Assembly: GCA_043820105.1 (NCBI GenBank)
Contig: JBDREC010000108.1
Span: 1-52,448 of the forward strand
Source of the DNA: Pseudomonadota bacterium
GTDB taxonomy: Bacteria > Bdellovibrionota_F > JAHFAK01 > JBDREC01
Length of the DNA: 52,448 nucleotides
Direction of reading: 5' to 3'
The position numbers and the translations under genes were made by a program. The notes under the pieces were generated by a model that saw only the letters and a program-made list of their open reading frames with translations, ran no database searches and had not been told where the DNA came from. This document shows, one piece after another, positions 1 to 9,890 of the stretch; the stretch's first letter is position 1, and each line of letters begins with the position of its first letter.

Positions 1-184
1 AATAAAAATATATTTATTATAAAGGTTTATTGCATGACAGTGGGAATACAATAAGCCTTTAATAATAAAATATTTTTATTGCTTGAATAAGGAGTGTGGG
101 CATTAGCTTTTTGAAAAAGAGGTTTTGTAATGTTTTTTATATGCCCGCTTTAATGTTTGGGTATTTAAATTGGAGATGATCCAT

Positions 185-703
185 TTATTCAAGCTCACCT
201 AAATTAATTGATTCCAAATTGTTACCCATTTCCCCTTCATTATCTCCAATATTTCTTGTATGACCAAGGCCGAGTTGTCCATAATTGTTTACACCCCAGC
301 ACTTATATGTATAATCACTCATTTTAGCGCAAGTATAACCGTTGCCACATTTTACAGTAAGCGCATATAATTCTTCTCCAGTATTTTCATCTGTTCCTAA
401 CTGTATTGGAAGTAAGTTATTGCTCATAGTATTTGTTGTGTCACCATGATTAGTTTGATTGCCTTGTCCTAGTTGGCCGTATTCATTATTTCCCCAGCAT
501 TTAAGGGAATAATTTGTCATTAAAGCACATGCATGATCATTGCCTACTGATATTTTAAGTGCTTTTAGTGAATTTTCTGAAGCATCTGATCCTAAATACA
601 AAATAGGTAAATTATCACCCATGTCTAAACTATCATCACCTCTATTATATGTTTCACCTATTCCAAGCTGACCTTTGTCATTGTATCCCCAACATTTTAC
701 ATA
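185..703 (-). CDS. RCC1/BLIP-II repeat protein, C-terminal fragment (5' end missing)
   Basis: Three repeats of KCWGxNxxGQLGxG...GD...MGxNL (YVKCWGYNDKGQLGIG, LKCWGNNEYGQLGQG, YKCWGVNNYGQLGLG). The sequence begins mid-repeat at ~703; the ORF-track start at 745 appears to be antisense of the neighbouring gene. Confidence 0.8.
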   Translation of the reverse strand, partial: YVKCWGYNDKGQLGIGETYNRGDDSLDMGDNLPILYLGSDASENSLKALKISVGNDHACALMTNYSLKCWGNNEYGQLGQGNQTNHGDTTNTMSNNLLPIQLGTDENTGEELYALTVKCGNGYTCAKMSDYTYKCWGVNNYGQLGLGHTRNIGDNEGEMGNNLESINLGELE

Positions 704-739
704 AGATATAAAACTCAAGAAAATGAGTTTTATGCAACC

Positions 740-3700
740 TTGCAAAGATTAATTCTTAAAAATATTGTTGAAGTAAACGAAAAATTAGAAAATATCAGTA
801 TTGAAAATATTAAAACCCAGGAACCCAAAATAAATAATCCTAGTTTTAAATCTTGTATTATTGAAATTCAGCAAAGTAAAACAATTAGAGCTATTCACGA
901 AGCTTGTGCATATGAAATGGAAGAGCATGCAATTTATTTAAGCAACTATAAGAATATTATTGCGGATCATTTTCAAGGTGCAGGTAAAAAGGATAAAGCA
1001 TTTAATTATTATTTAAATGCAGCTAGTGAATTTGTTCAAAGGAATTTGCATAATAAAGCCGCGAAAACTTATGAAAAAGCTTTAGAAGCTTTTAATTTTA
1101 CTGGTGCAATAGATGAGATTACCATTAGACAAGACATTTTTTATGAACTGTCGCAGATTTATACATTCTTGGGTGATTTTAAAAAAGCAGCTGATCTTTT
1201 AGCTCAAATAGATGTTCAATTTGAAACAAATAAAAGAAGGCTAGAAATATTGCATGACCTGGGAAAGGTCAACTTTGCCGCTGGTATGCATAAGGGCGCG
1301 ATTGAATTGTTTGAACGTGCAATTTTAGAAGCTGAAAAAGAGGATAATAAAAATAGTGCTGGGATATTTTATCTTTTAATAGCACATTGCTTAATTAATC
1401 TTGCGAAATTTGAAGAAGCTAATGCAATTATTACTCGGATGGAAAAAGAAGAAATTAAAGAGACCAGTAGTAAGACATCTTTATACTATTTAAAGGGTTT
1501 GTTAGATTATTATAAAACAGATTTTAATAGTGCTAAAGAAAATTTTATGCTTTCTTTAAAATTAGCTGAAAATAGTAATGATGAATCATCTGTAATGCGC
1601 TCTGCTAACAATATTGGTTTATCCTTTTCGGCCATAAACGAGTTTTCAGAAGCTTTAACTTGGTTTGATAAAGCTTTGAAACTAGTTGAGAATTCTGGAG
1701 ATATTCTAGGATCAGCTAGAATACTTCAAAATACTGCTAATTGCCATATACAAATGGGAAATTTAAAAGAATCTTTAAATAGCTATCAAAAGTCCTTAGA
1801 AATATTTAGAAACCTGGATATGCCGAGTCTTGCTGAAATCCTTTTATATAATATATCCCTGGTTTCCTTTGAAATTGGTGATATCAGTAGAGCAAAGGAG
1901 TTTTTGCAAGAAGCAAATGAACTTGGAGAAGCTAGAAATAATAAGACTATTATGGCTTCAAGCCAAATGCTAAATGGTGAAATGAGTTTATATGAAAACA
2001 ACACTAAGGATGCACTATCTGCGTTTCAAAAATCTTATGATTTATTTAATGAGCTTGGCATCAAACTCTATGCATCTATTGCACTTGTAAATATAGCTTT
2101 TATTAAATTTAAACTTAATCATTTAGAAGGTATTGATGATATTCTTTTAAAAGCACTTGAAGAATCCAGAAAAGATATCAAAGTTCAAGCAGAAGTAAAT
2201 TGTATTGCTTGCCAAATCGCCTTAGGAAATAAAGATTTAAATAAGGCAAAAGAATATTTAGATAAACTCGAATCTCTTGATATTGATCGTTTGAACTATC
2301 AGATTCAAATATCTATTTTTGAACTGTATTCAAGATTTCATTTGTTAAATGGGAACCTTGAAAAAGCTAATTTCTATTCAGATAAGCTGACGACTATTTT
2401 AAATATGATTAATAAAAACATTCCAGAAAGCTTAAAGTCCAGTTTTAACTCACACCTGCGAGTTAAACAAGCAAATGAAACAATTGATAAAATAAACTAT
2501 AAAAGACATGGGCATCTGGATGGTTTTAAGTTAGAAAGAATTATTAACACAAACTTGGAGTTAATGTCTGAAAATAGCTTATATCAGGTTTTAGATTCAA
2601 TAATAGATAACGCCATATTATTTTCAAATGCTAAAAGAGGCTTTATTATTTTAAGGAAAAAAGAGTTTGAAAATAAAATCCCAAAACATGTTGATTTAAA
2701 TGATGGTAATATCGTAGCAGCTGCTAGGAATTTTGAGCAAAAAGATATAATTGCTTCAGCGAAAGATATAAGCCAAACAATTTACACTAAAACATTCAAT
2801 GAAGATAAAATTATTGATATAGAAAATGCCCTGGAGGCTTTTGCAGAAACCAAGTCAATTCAGAAGTCAAAGTTGAAAAGTGTTATAACCTTTCCTATAA
2901 TTGACCGTGGTAACATTATTGGAATTGTCTATTTGGATGATCCAATAAATATCGGAGCTTTTAATGATCTGGATACAAGGCTTATATCTTTTCTAGCAAA
3001 GCAAGCATCAAAAGTTATTTCTAACTTTTTATTAATTAGTAAGCTAAAAGATAAAAATGAAGAGGTTTTAAAATTAAACAAGTTACTAAAAGAAAGGCTA
3101 ATTATAAAAGAAGAGACATCTGATAATTTAAAAAAGCTGCTTAATGCTAAGGACCAAATTGAAAGACTGCAATATGATAATAAAAACATTATTACCCAGG
3201 ATCCAAAGATGTTTCAAATATTTGAAGTAATTGATAAGGTTAAAGATGCTGATTTAACAGTTTTGATTAATGGGGAGTCTGGAACAGGAAAGGAGCTAAT
3301 TGCAAGGGCAATACATTACAATAGCAATAAAAATAAGGAGTCATTCTTTAGTGAAAATGTAGCTGTTTTTAGTGAAACTTTATTGGAAAGCGAACTTTTT
3401 GGACACGCTAAAGGATCCTTTACTGGTGCTATAAATGACAAAAAGGGTATTTTTGAAATTGCTAAAGATGGCACAATTTTCCTTGATGAAATTGGTGAGA
3501 TGTCTCTTAATATGCAAAAAAAACTGCTTCGTACCTTAGAGGAAAGAAAAATTAAACCAGTTGGATCAAATAAATTTATTAAGATCAATTGCAGAATCAT
3601 TTGTGCAACACATAGAGATCTTGAAAAGCTAGTAGAAGAGGGTTCTTTTAGGCATGATCTTTATTATAGAATAAATGCAGTTATTATTAAAATACCACCT

Positions 3701-4099
3701 TTAAGAAAAAGAAAAATGGATATTCCATTATTAACAAATTATTTTTTAAAAAAATATTCTGCACAAAACCCAAAAAAACTAGATTCTAAAATTGTTGACT
3801 TATTTGTGAACTATGAATGGCCAGGTAATATAAGAGAGTTAGAAAATGAAATAAAACGGCTTGTTGTCCTTGCTGATCATGATATTATTGAAGCCTCGAT
3901 TTTGAAAACTGACAAAAGGTTTTCAAGTTTAAAAGCCAAGGAAAAGACGGATAAGCTTTCAGACATTATTAGTGCTGTTGAAAAAAAGGTGATAATCGAA
4001 AAACTCTCCGAATACAACGGAAATAAAAAGAAAACAGCAGAAGTTCTTGGAATAGACCGAAAAACCCTACTCAAAAAAATCGAGAAATTCGGGATTTAG
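740..4099 (+). CDS. Sigma-54-dependent enhancer-binding protein with TPR array, GAF, AAA+ and Fis-type HTH; probably N-terminally truncated
   Basis: Walker A GESGTGKE, ESELFGHAKGSFTGA loop, FLDEIGEM, FRHDLYYRIN, WPGNIRELEN and C-terminal GNKKKTAEVLGIDRKTL. GAF region (RGFIIL...IIGIVYLD) is preceded by many TPR helices. The frame stays open upstream of the TTG. Confidence 0.92.
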   Translation: MQRLILKNIVEVNEKLENISIENIKTQEPKINNPSFKSCIIEIQQSKTIRAIHEACAYEMEEHAIYLSNYKNIIADHFQGAGKKDKAFNYYLNAASEFVQRNLHNKAAKTYEKALEAFNFTGAIDEITIRQDIFYELSQIYTFLGDFKKAADLLAQIDVQFETNKRRLEILHDLGKVNFAAGMHKGAIELFERAILEAEKEDNKNSAGIFYLLIAHCLINLAKFEEANAIITRMEKEEIKETSSKTSLYYLKGLLDYYKTDFNSAKENFMLSLKLAENSNDESSVMRSANNIGLSFSAINEFSEALTWFDKALKLVENSGDILGSARILQNTANCHIQMGNLKESLNSYQKSLEIFRNLDMPSLAEILLYNISLVSFEIGDISRAKEFLQEANELGEARNNKTIMASSQMLNGEMSLYENNTKDALSAFQKSYDLFNELGIKLYASIALVNIAFIKFKLNHLEGIDDILLKALEESRKDIKVQAEVNCIACQIALGNKDLNKAKEYLDKLESLDIDRLNYQIQISIFELYSRFHLLNGNLEKANFYSDKLTTILNMINKNIPESLKSSFNSHLRVKQANETIDKINYKRHGHLDGFKLERIINTNLELMSENSLYQVLDSIIDNAILFSNAKRGFIILRKKEFENKIPKHVDLNDGNIVAAARNFEQKDIIASAKDISQTIYTKTFNEDKIIDIENALEAFAETKSIQKSKLKSVITFPIIDRGNIIGIVYLDDPINIGAFNDLDTRLISFLAKQASKVISNFLLISKLKDKNEEVLKLNKLLKERLIIKEETSDNLKKLLNAKDQIERLQYDNKNIITQDPKMFQIFEVIDKVKDADLTVLINGESGTGKELIARAIHYNSNKNKESFFSENVAVFSETLLESELFGHAKGSFTGAINDKKGIFEIAKDGTIFLDEIGEMSLNMQKKLLRTLEERKIKPVGSNKFIKINCRIICATHRDLEKLVEEGSFRHDLYYRINAVIIKIPPLRKRKMDIPLLTNYFLKKYSAQNPKKLDSKIVDLFVNYEWPGNIRELENEIKRLVVLADHDIIEASILKTDKRFSSLKAKEKTDKLSDIISAVEKKVIIEKLSEYNGNKKKTAEVLGIDRKTLLKKIEKFGI

Positions 4100-4114
4100 T
4101 CGCATTTATTTTTT

Positions 4115-4152
4115 ATGAAAATCTCAGGGAAGTTATTTTAAAAAGGGCATGC
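4115..4152 (+). repeat. Dispersed ~38-bp repeat, copy 1
   Basis: ATGAAAATCTCAGGGAAGTTATTTTAAAAAGGGCATGC; matches the reverse complement of 8650-8688, with a 16-nt identical core TCAGGGAAGTTATTTT. Confidence 0.7.
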
Positions 4153-4272
4153 GCCCCAGTCGGCCCACTCAGTCGGAAAAAGTTATATTATTCGAATTGT
4201 TAAGTATTGAACTTTTTTTGAGTTAAATACTCCTTCCTTTTCAAAATCAGGCAAGTGCAATAATTTTTGGGC

Positions 4273-4321
4273 AAAAAAAATGATCCTGGATGATTTTTTT
4301 AAAACCTTCCAGGATCTTTTT
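4273..4321. terminator. Bidirectional intrinsic terminator-like hairpin
   Basis: GATCCTGGA (4282-4290) pairs with TCCAGGATC (4308-4316); flanked by A8 on the left and T5 on the right, between convergent genes. Confidence 0.7.
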
Positions 4322-4344
4322 ACTTAGAAATGGGATAGTGTACT
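4273..4344 (-). ncRNA. Candidate sigma-54-dependent small RNA (~70 nt)
   Basis: Lies between a consensus sigma-54 promoter (4355-4371, minus strand) and a hairpin plus U8; no ATG-initiated ORF in between. Inferred only. Confidence 0.4.
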
Positions 4345-4354
4345 ATATTTATTT

Positions 4355-4371
4355 AGCAATGCTTGTGCCAA
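4355..4371 (-). promoter_or_regulatory. Sigma-54 (-24/-12) promoter
   Basis: Minus strand reads TTGGCACAAGCATTGCT, an exact match to TGGCAC-N5-TTGC(A/T). Confidence 0.75.
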
Positions 4372-4549
4372 CAGGGATTAGTGTGAAAAAAACGAATAAA
4401 AACGAATGGATAAGAATGGAGATAAGAAAACTATAACTACAAATTGTGGATATTGACCTTTATAATTATAATTGTGTAAAATCTTATTTTACTTATTTTT
4501 CCTTTCCATCTCGATAATTATCAATTTCCATTGAATTATACTTTGATAG

Positions 4550-5749
4550 CTATTGGCTGGCTTCTATTGCAACTATTGCATTTGCATCTAAAAGACTGTG
4601 TGTAAGCCATTTATATGTAAGATAGGCCAGTCCATTATCTCCCCATAAAGTACCCCAGGAATTTTTGATTATTAGAAATCCCTGGCCTTCAACACGATCA
4701 TCATCAACATAACCGATAGCTAAAACTGCGTGCCCGCATACACCTTCACATGTATCAGCTTTAAATATCCAAGACACTGTTCCTGCTTTATTTGATGCTA
4801 TATTAAAATCAGTATTAGCATTTAAAGAAAGGATAACAGGATAACCTCTATAAAGGGCTTGTTTTATTCTTCCAACTGAATTGTATAAAACATGTGCTTC
4901 TTTTATTGTATACCCAGATGATTCAGCTGCTGTTGCATCTTGGAATTTTCCTTCATTACCACCACCTTGAGCCTCTGTTTCTGTACAGGTGAAATTTGGA
5001 AAATTAAGCAGATAATCAGTGCAGTCATATTCTAATCTATTATAAGGCCAATTAGTATCATTGATAATTACAGCTTGATTTTCTATAAATCCAGAAATCA
5101 CTGAAACTGGAGATAATCCTGCGCTATCCCAACTTCCTTCAGCAGCCTTTCCAAGAAAATAGGTGTTTTGTTCAGACAGATTTATGGTCTGGTCATTTCT
5201 GTCTATAAGGAGTTCCAATGCAGCATTTAATGAAAAGGAGACACAGGTTCCTCTGTTGCCCTGGTCTTTTATTGTATTTATAATTTTTCCACTATTTGCA
5301 ATAATTACAGAAGTGCTTATTCCTAATTTTTCTGATTCTGTAATATCACAATCATCAATTGTATCCGGGCAGTGGTTTGTAGAAAAATCAATTAGCTGGA
5401 CCTCATCCCCATTATCAAGTGTTAAGCGACCATTTTGAGCTAAAATTCTACTAATTTGAGCCCCTTTTGATTGGTTTTGAACAACTTTATTTGCTATTTC
5501 ACTCATTTCTATGCCATAATTATCTGGAATGCTACCATCTTTGGTATAAATAGGTGCATAAAATCCAGTATTAGCATCATCTTCTTCTACAGTATCCACC
5601 TCTATTTCACTTTCTTCAACATTATCAACTTCCTCACCTGATGTTTCTTGAGTCGTATTTTCATCATTTTTATCTTCTTCAGAAGAGAATTCACCACAAG
5701 TATTTAAAATGAATGGGAAAACAAAGATTAAGATAAAGATTCTAAGCAT
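4550..5749 (-). CDS. C1A (papain-family) cysteine peptidase, probable lipoprotein
   Basis: IKDQGNRGTCVSF (oxyanion Gln and catalytic Cys), GHAVLAIGY (His), IIKNSWG (Asn); signal peptide ending ILNTC; acidic linker. Confidence 0.9.
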   Translation of the reverse strand: MLRIFILIFVFPFILNTCGEFSSEEDKNDENTTQETSGEEVDNVEESEIEVDTVEEDDANTGFYAPIYTKDGSIPDNYGIEMSEIANKVVQNQSKGAQISRILAQNGRLTLDNGDEVQLIDFSTNHCPDTIDDCDITESEKLGISTSVIIANSGKIINTIKDQGNRGTCVSFSLNAALELLIDRNDQTINLSEQNTYFLGKAAEGSWDSAGLSPVSVISGFIENQAVIINDTNWPYNRLEYDCTDYLLNFPNFTCTETEAQGGGNEGKFQDATAAESSGYTIKEAHVLYNSVGRIKQALYRGYPVILSLNANTDFNIASNKAGTVSWIFKADTCEGVCGHAVLAIGYVDDDRVEGQGFLIIKNSWGTLWGDNGLAYLTYKWLTHSLLDANAIVAIEASQ

Positions 5750-5834
5750 AGTTAAAAATATTAATATTAATATTTTATTATTTTATCATGATTTAAGACA
5801 TTAATCAATGAAAAGAATTTTCCAGTTTTTTCTA

Positions 5835-8465
5835 TTACACAAACTTGAGTAGAAATGACTTAATTTCATTCTTGCCAAATTCTATATTTACAATTTCATT
5901 TTCAACAGAAATTTCTTTTGAAACAGGTCTTTCAATAAGATCTGTTTCAATTATTTTAGCTATTTTTTTCATTGGAAAAGATAGGGCGATTTTTGCATCC
6001 TGGTTTTCGGATTCATAAAGTCTTATTAAAACATCCCAGTCTGAATCTTTTTCCCAAGGTTTTTTAATCGCTGATAAAATGACTCCATTTGAAGCTCCAA
6101 ATTGCTTTATTCTTACCATTTCTTGAGTTGGAGCTAGCTTGCCCATTGAAAGATCAATTTCTTTTTTATAAACAGGGAAATTAAATTCAAAAGCTTTTTT
6201 AGGAATACTTGCTTGAGACCAGGTTTTTTTGAAAGGATGTAAGGCATATTCAGCTGAAAAATAACCTTTGTCAGTATAAGGGCCCCAAAAGGTGAGGCCA
6301 TATCTGCCAGGTCTTGGAGAGGTTGAGTTTTTTAAAAGAGTCATTCTAATATTATTTAAATTTTCATCTTCAGCTGATGGTTTAATATCAAAACCATATT
6401 TTGAATTATTATAAAGTGCGATTCCAAATTCATCATTATTATTTTGTAGAGCAACCCACTTATGAGCTGGAACTTCAAAATCATCCTTGCTTCCATCATG
6501 TCTTCTTTCAATAAAACCATAAGGAGCATCATAAAAAGCTCTTTTTGATTTATTTGAAATATTTAATGGAAAAGCTATTTTAATAAGTTTGTTTCTTGAG
6601 TAAAAGTCAAAATCTATTTTGAAGTAAATCAAAGGCTCATCTTTTTTAATAGATATTTTTTGAGAAAAGTTATTTTTCTTTTTATATTTTCTTTTCACTT
6701 CTATTGTCGCCAGCAAATCATTGTCTTCTATAACTTCAATGCTCTCTATATCCTGGTTTTGATTGTTAAGAATAGTTCCTTGGCCCCAGTATTTAATATT
6801 CCAAGCAGGGAATATTGGAGAATAATCAGTAAAAATTTCTAATTGATTTGCATGCATTCCTTTATAAATAATGTCTTTACCAAGATCTTTTGAAAAAATA
6901 CTTTCAATATTGCCACTTGCTTTTGATAAAACAACTCTTACCTGATCATTTTCTAAATAAATTTCATCATCCTTTTCAAGGACCATGCTTTTTCTTTTTG
7001 CCTCACTTGAGTTTTCACATTCCTTAATAAGATATGTTGAATAACCACAAGCTGGGATGCTTGCTTTAAATAAAATATTATTCTTAGAATCTTTTACAGC
7101 TTCTATTTTTTCATTATTAAAGTTATATACTTCTACATTTTTGCTGTTCAATTGATTGGGAAGTTTATGGCTAAGTAAGGTATCTTTCGCCCAAGATAGA
7201 CTATTGTAAAGCAGAATTGGTATGGTCTGTTTTTTATCAGTATCTTTTTTAAATAAACTTAAATCAATTTCTTTTGAAAAGGTATCTATGCATTTGTCTA
7301 TATGCTCTCTGCCATATTTAAATATATATCTATAGTCTTCCATTGAATCTTCAACAGTTGATTCTATATTTGAGCCTGGAAGAATATCATGGAATTGATT
7401 TATTAATAAATGCTTCCATGAAGTATGCAAGTATTTATCAGGATATTCATATCCAGTAAGCAAAAACATCTTTTCACAAGATTCAAGCAAGATTTCTGCT
7501 CTTCTATTTCCCTTTTTTAAGACCGACCTTGTAGTGAAGCATCCTTGATGATTTTCCAAATATAGCTCATCTTTGAGGGTTTCTATTTTAATATCAGATT
7601 TTTTTAACTCATCTAAAGTTTTGTCAAATCTTTGAAATTCCAGGAAATGATGATCTTTAAATTTTTCCTGGATATGATGAACTTTTTTAATATCAGCTTC
7701 TGGGACAGCTCCACCATGATCTCCAACACCCATTATAATAGGTATAAAGGGGGCATTTTTATGATTAGAAAACAAAAAGTTTCTAAGTCTTGAAAGGTTA
7801 ATATATGTGAGCCTGTTGTTGTAGTGACCTGGAGTTAAAAAGGATAAAATCTTTGAACCGTCATTGGATTGCCAATAAAACAGGTTTTGTTTTGGTGCAT
7901 TGGTAATATTCCATCTCATCTTTGAAGAAACAAAGTATTCGATACCAGATTTTTTTAGAATTTGAGGAACAGTTCCAGCGTAACCAAAACTATCAGGGAA
8001 ATAAGCAATTTTTACGTCAACCCCAAATTTATCCAGAAAGTATCTTTTTCCATAAAGAAATTGTCTTGCCAGTGATTCGCCACTTGGAATGTTCATGTCA
8101 GATTCAACAAGGGTACCGCCGATTATTTCCCATCTGCCTTCTTTGACAAGTTTTTGAACTTGGTTAAAAATTAAAGGACAATGTAATTCCATCCATTCAT
8201 ACATCAAAGAAGAAGTTTGCATAAAACGAAAATCAGGATATTTATTCAAAAGTTTAATTGCTGTTTTAAAGGTATCATGCACAACTTCAATTGCTTCCAT
8301 CCAGCGCCATTTCCAGACAATATCAATATGAGAATGACCAATAATTTTAAATGTATTTTTATTTTTATCAGCTTTTCGCAAGTAACCAAGCATAAAGGAT
8401 AATGCTTTTGAGGTGTAGTTGTAAAGAATTGCTTTTCCCATGCCTTTTTTAAGGATTGAATACAT
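5835..8465 (-). CDS. Alpha-mannosidase, glycoside hydrolase family 38
   Basis: GHSHIDIVWKW, ESDMNIPSGESLARQ, PDSFG nucleophile motif, GVGDHGG, ELYLENHQG, NQFHDILPGS. Confidence 0.95.
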   Translation of the reverse strand: MYSILKKGMGKAILYNYTSKALSFMLGYLRKADKNKNTFKIIGHSHIDIVWKWRWMEAIEVVHDTFKTAIKLLNKYPDFRFMQTSSLMYEWMELHCPLIFNQVQKLVKEGRWEIIGGTLVESDMNIPSGESLARQFLYGKRYFLDKFGVDVKIAYFPDSFGYAGTVPQILKKSGIEYFVSSKMRWNITNAPKQNLFYWQSNDGSKILSFLTPGHYNNRLTYINLSRLRNFLFSNHKNAPFIPIIMGVGDHGGAVPEADIKKVHHIQEKFKDHHFLEFQRFDKTLDELKKSDIKIETLKDELYLENHQGCFTTRSVLKKGNRRAEILLESCEKMFLLTGYEYPDKYLHTSWKHLLINQFHDILPGSNIESTVEDSMEDYRYIFKYGREHIDKCIDTFSKEIDLSLFKKDTDKKQTIPILLYNSLSWAKDTLLSHKLPNQLNSKNVEVYNFNNEKIEAVKDSKNNILFKASIPACGYSTYLIKECENSSEAKRKSMVLEKDDEIYLENDQVRVVLSKASGNIESIFSKDLGKDIIYKGMHANQLEIFTDYSPIFPAWNIKYWGQGTILNNQNQDIESIEVIEDNDLLATIEVKRKYKKKNNFSQKISIKKDEPLIYFKIDFDFYSRNKLIKIAFPLNISNKSKRAFYDAPYGFIERRHDGSKDDFEVPAHKWVALQNNNDEFGIALYNNSKYGFDIKPSAEDENLNNIRMTLLKNSTSPRPGRYGLTFWGPYTDKGYFSAEYALHPFKKTWSQASIPKKAFEFNFPVYKKEIDLSMGKLAPTQEMVRIKQFGASNGVILSAIKKPWEKDSDWDVLIRLYESENQDAKIALSFPMKKIAKIIETDLIERPVSKEISVENEIVNIEFGKNEIKSFLLKFV

Positions 8466-8649
8466 AGCTTCCCTTTAATCTTATTGAAAAAAATCTGGGT
8501 TATAATTACAAGTTTGAATGAAAATTACAAATATTATTTTGAAAAAAGCAGGGGACCCAAAATAACCTTTTAAAAACTATATTCCAGACTGCTCCCTTTT
8601 CTAATAAAATCGGGCCAATATTTAAATGTAAACCAGATTCAATTGGCTT

Positions 8650-8688
8650 GCATGCCCACTTTAAAAATAACTTCCCTGATATTTCCAT
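8650..8688 (-). repeat. Dispersed ~38-bp repeat, copy 2
   Basis: Minus strand reads ATGGAAATATCAGGGAAGTTATTTTTAAAGTGGGCATGC; just downstream of a stop codon, like copy 1. Confidence 0.7.
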
Positions 8689-8696
8689 TTAAAATA

Positions 8697-9890
8697 TTAC
8701 TTGGTAGATAGTTTTGAATCTGAGTTTAGGTTGTATACTCTGCCTCTCCAGGTAACTTCTTGTTTCATTAAGATTTGGGAGTATACTATTGGGGCAATTA
8801 GTAGGATTCCAAAGGAAACCCAGGAGTGGCGGAATTTAATTTGTGCACCACCTGCGTCTTGATGTAGCATGTTTATGCTTTGAGAGACAGCTAGTGTTAC
8901 TAGACCATTTATTATGCCTGCTAGCTGATAACCCATTAGAAATGAGGCTACAGAAAAAATAAGGCTGAACCAGAAGACCATGCCTCTGATCCATGGTCCT
9001 AGCTTGAAGGTTAGGCCTGGAAGACCTGACCTTGAAAAGGTTATCCATTTTATATATATTTTCCAAAAATCTTTTATGGAAAGTCCATATTGAATTATTT
9101 TAATTTGATTTGGACATACAAGGTTTTTAAGGCCTTCTTCGTGTACTCTTCTTCCAATATACATATCATCAACAAGTTGCCCTTCAGCTGTTTCAAAGCC
9201 TCCAATTTTATCAATTGCTTCGCGTTTAAATAACATAAATTGACCCATTATAAATGGCATTTCCCAACCATGTTTTGAAGCATTTGATTTTGCTTCTGGT
9301 GTGTAAAGACCATTTAGCATGAGGGCATAACCTGCATCTCCAATGGTTTGAAATGACTCTGATACAATTACTGGAACAAAGGCAGAACCTGCTTTTGGGT
9401 CGCTTTCTAAGGTTTCAACAAGTTTTGTTAGCAGTTTTCTATCATTTCTTGTATCTGAGTCAGCTATTGCAATTAATTCATTTTTGGCAACTTCATAGCC
9501 CTTTATCATTGCGTTTAACTTACCGGTTCTATTTTTAGGAGGGTTTCCGGAAAATAAAATATTTGCATTTACTGTGGGGTTTTTAATTTTAAAGGTTTCA
9601 ATTTCTTCTTTTACAAGTGGATAGGCTTCATCCTTATCATCATCAAAAATAAATATAGTCTCAACATTACCTGGGTATCCAGGATTAAGGGCATTTTGGA
9701 CATTGCCTCTTATACCTGCATCTAAGCCTTTGATAGGTCTGAGTATTGATACAGATGGATACTTTTTTAATTTTGGAATTGTTTTAGTATCTGACAATCT
9801 TTTAGAAATTGACCTGTGATAATAAATAACTCTAAAAAGCATTATCAAGCCTGCAAAAACTAAGATGTATTCAATCTGCGTTAATATCAT
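8697..9890 (-). CDS. Glycosyltransferase GT2/GT21, ceramide glucosyltransferase / HpnI-like
   Basis: N-terminal TM helix, PSVSILRPIKGLD, KLNAM, IADSD (DxD), MGQFMLFKREAIDKIGGF, LVDDMYIG, C-terminal TMs and VTWRGRVY. Confidence 0.85.
   Translation of the reverse strand: MILTQIEYILVFAGLIMLFRVIYYHRSISKRLSDTKTIPKLKKYPSVSILRPIKGLDAGIRGNVQNALNPGYPGNVETIFIFDDDKDEAYPLVKEEIETFKIKNPTVNANILFSGNPPKNRTGKLNAMIKGYEVAKNELIAIADSDTRNDRKLLTKLVETLESDPKAGSAFVPVIVSESFQTIGDAGYALMLNGLYTPEAKSNASKHGWEMPFIMGQFMLFKREAIDKIGGFETAEGQLVDDMYIGRRVHEEGLKNLVCPNQIKIIQYGLSIKDFWKIYIKWITFSRSGLPGLTFKLGPWIRGMVFWFSLIFSVASFLMGYQLAGIINGLVTLAVSQSINMLHQDAGGAQIKFRHSWVSFGILLIAPIVYSQILMKQEVTWRGRVYNLNSDSKLSTK

Noticed and set aside
1786-4074. 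Short antisense ORFs inside the bEBP gene, and similar ones inside GH38, RND, asnA, M23 and the Ig-like gene
   Set aside because: Shadow frames of long, motif-supported genes; Ser/Phe/Leu/Ile-rich with no recognisable motifs.
8506-8688. 60-aa ORF as a frameshifted N-terminus of the mannosidase
   Set aside because: It starts inside the dispersed repeat and has no GH38-like sequence; the mannosidase has its own AAGGGAAG RBS and ATG.
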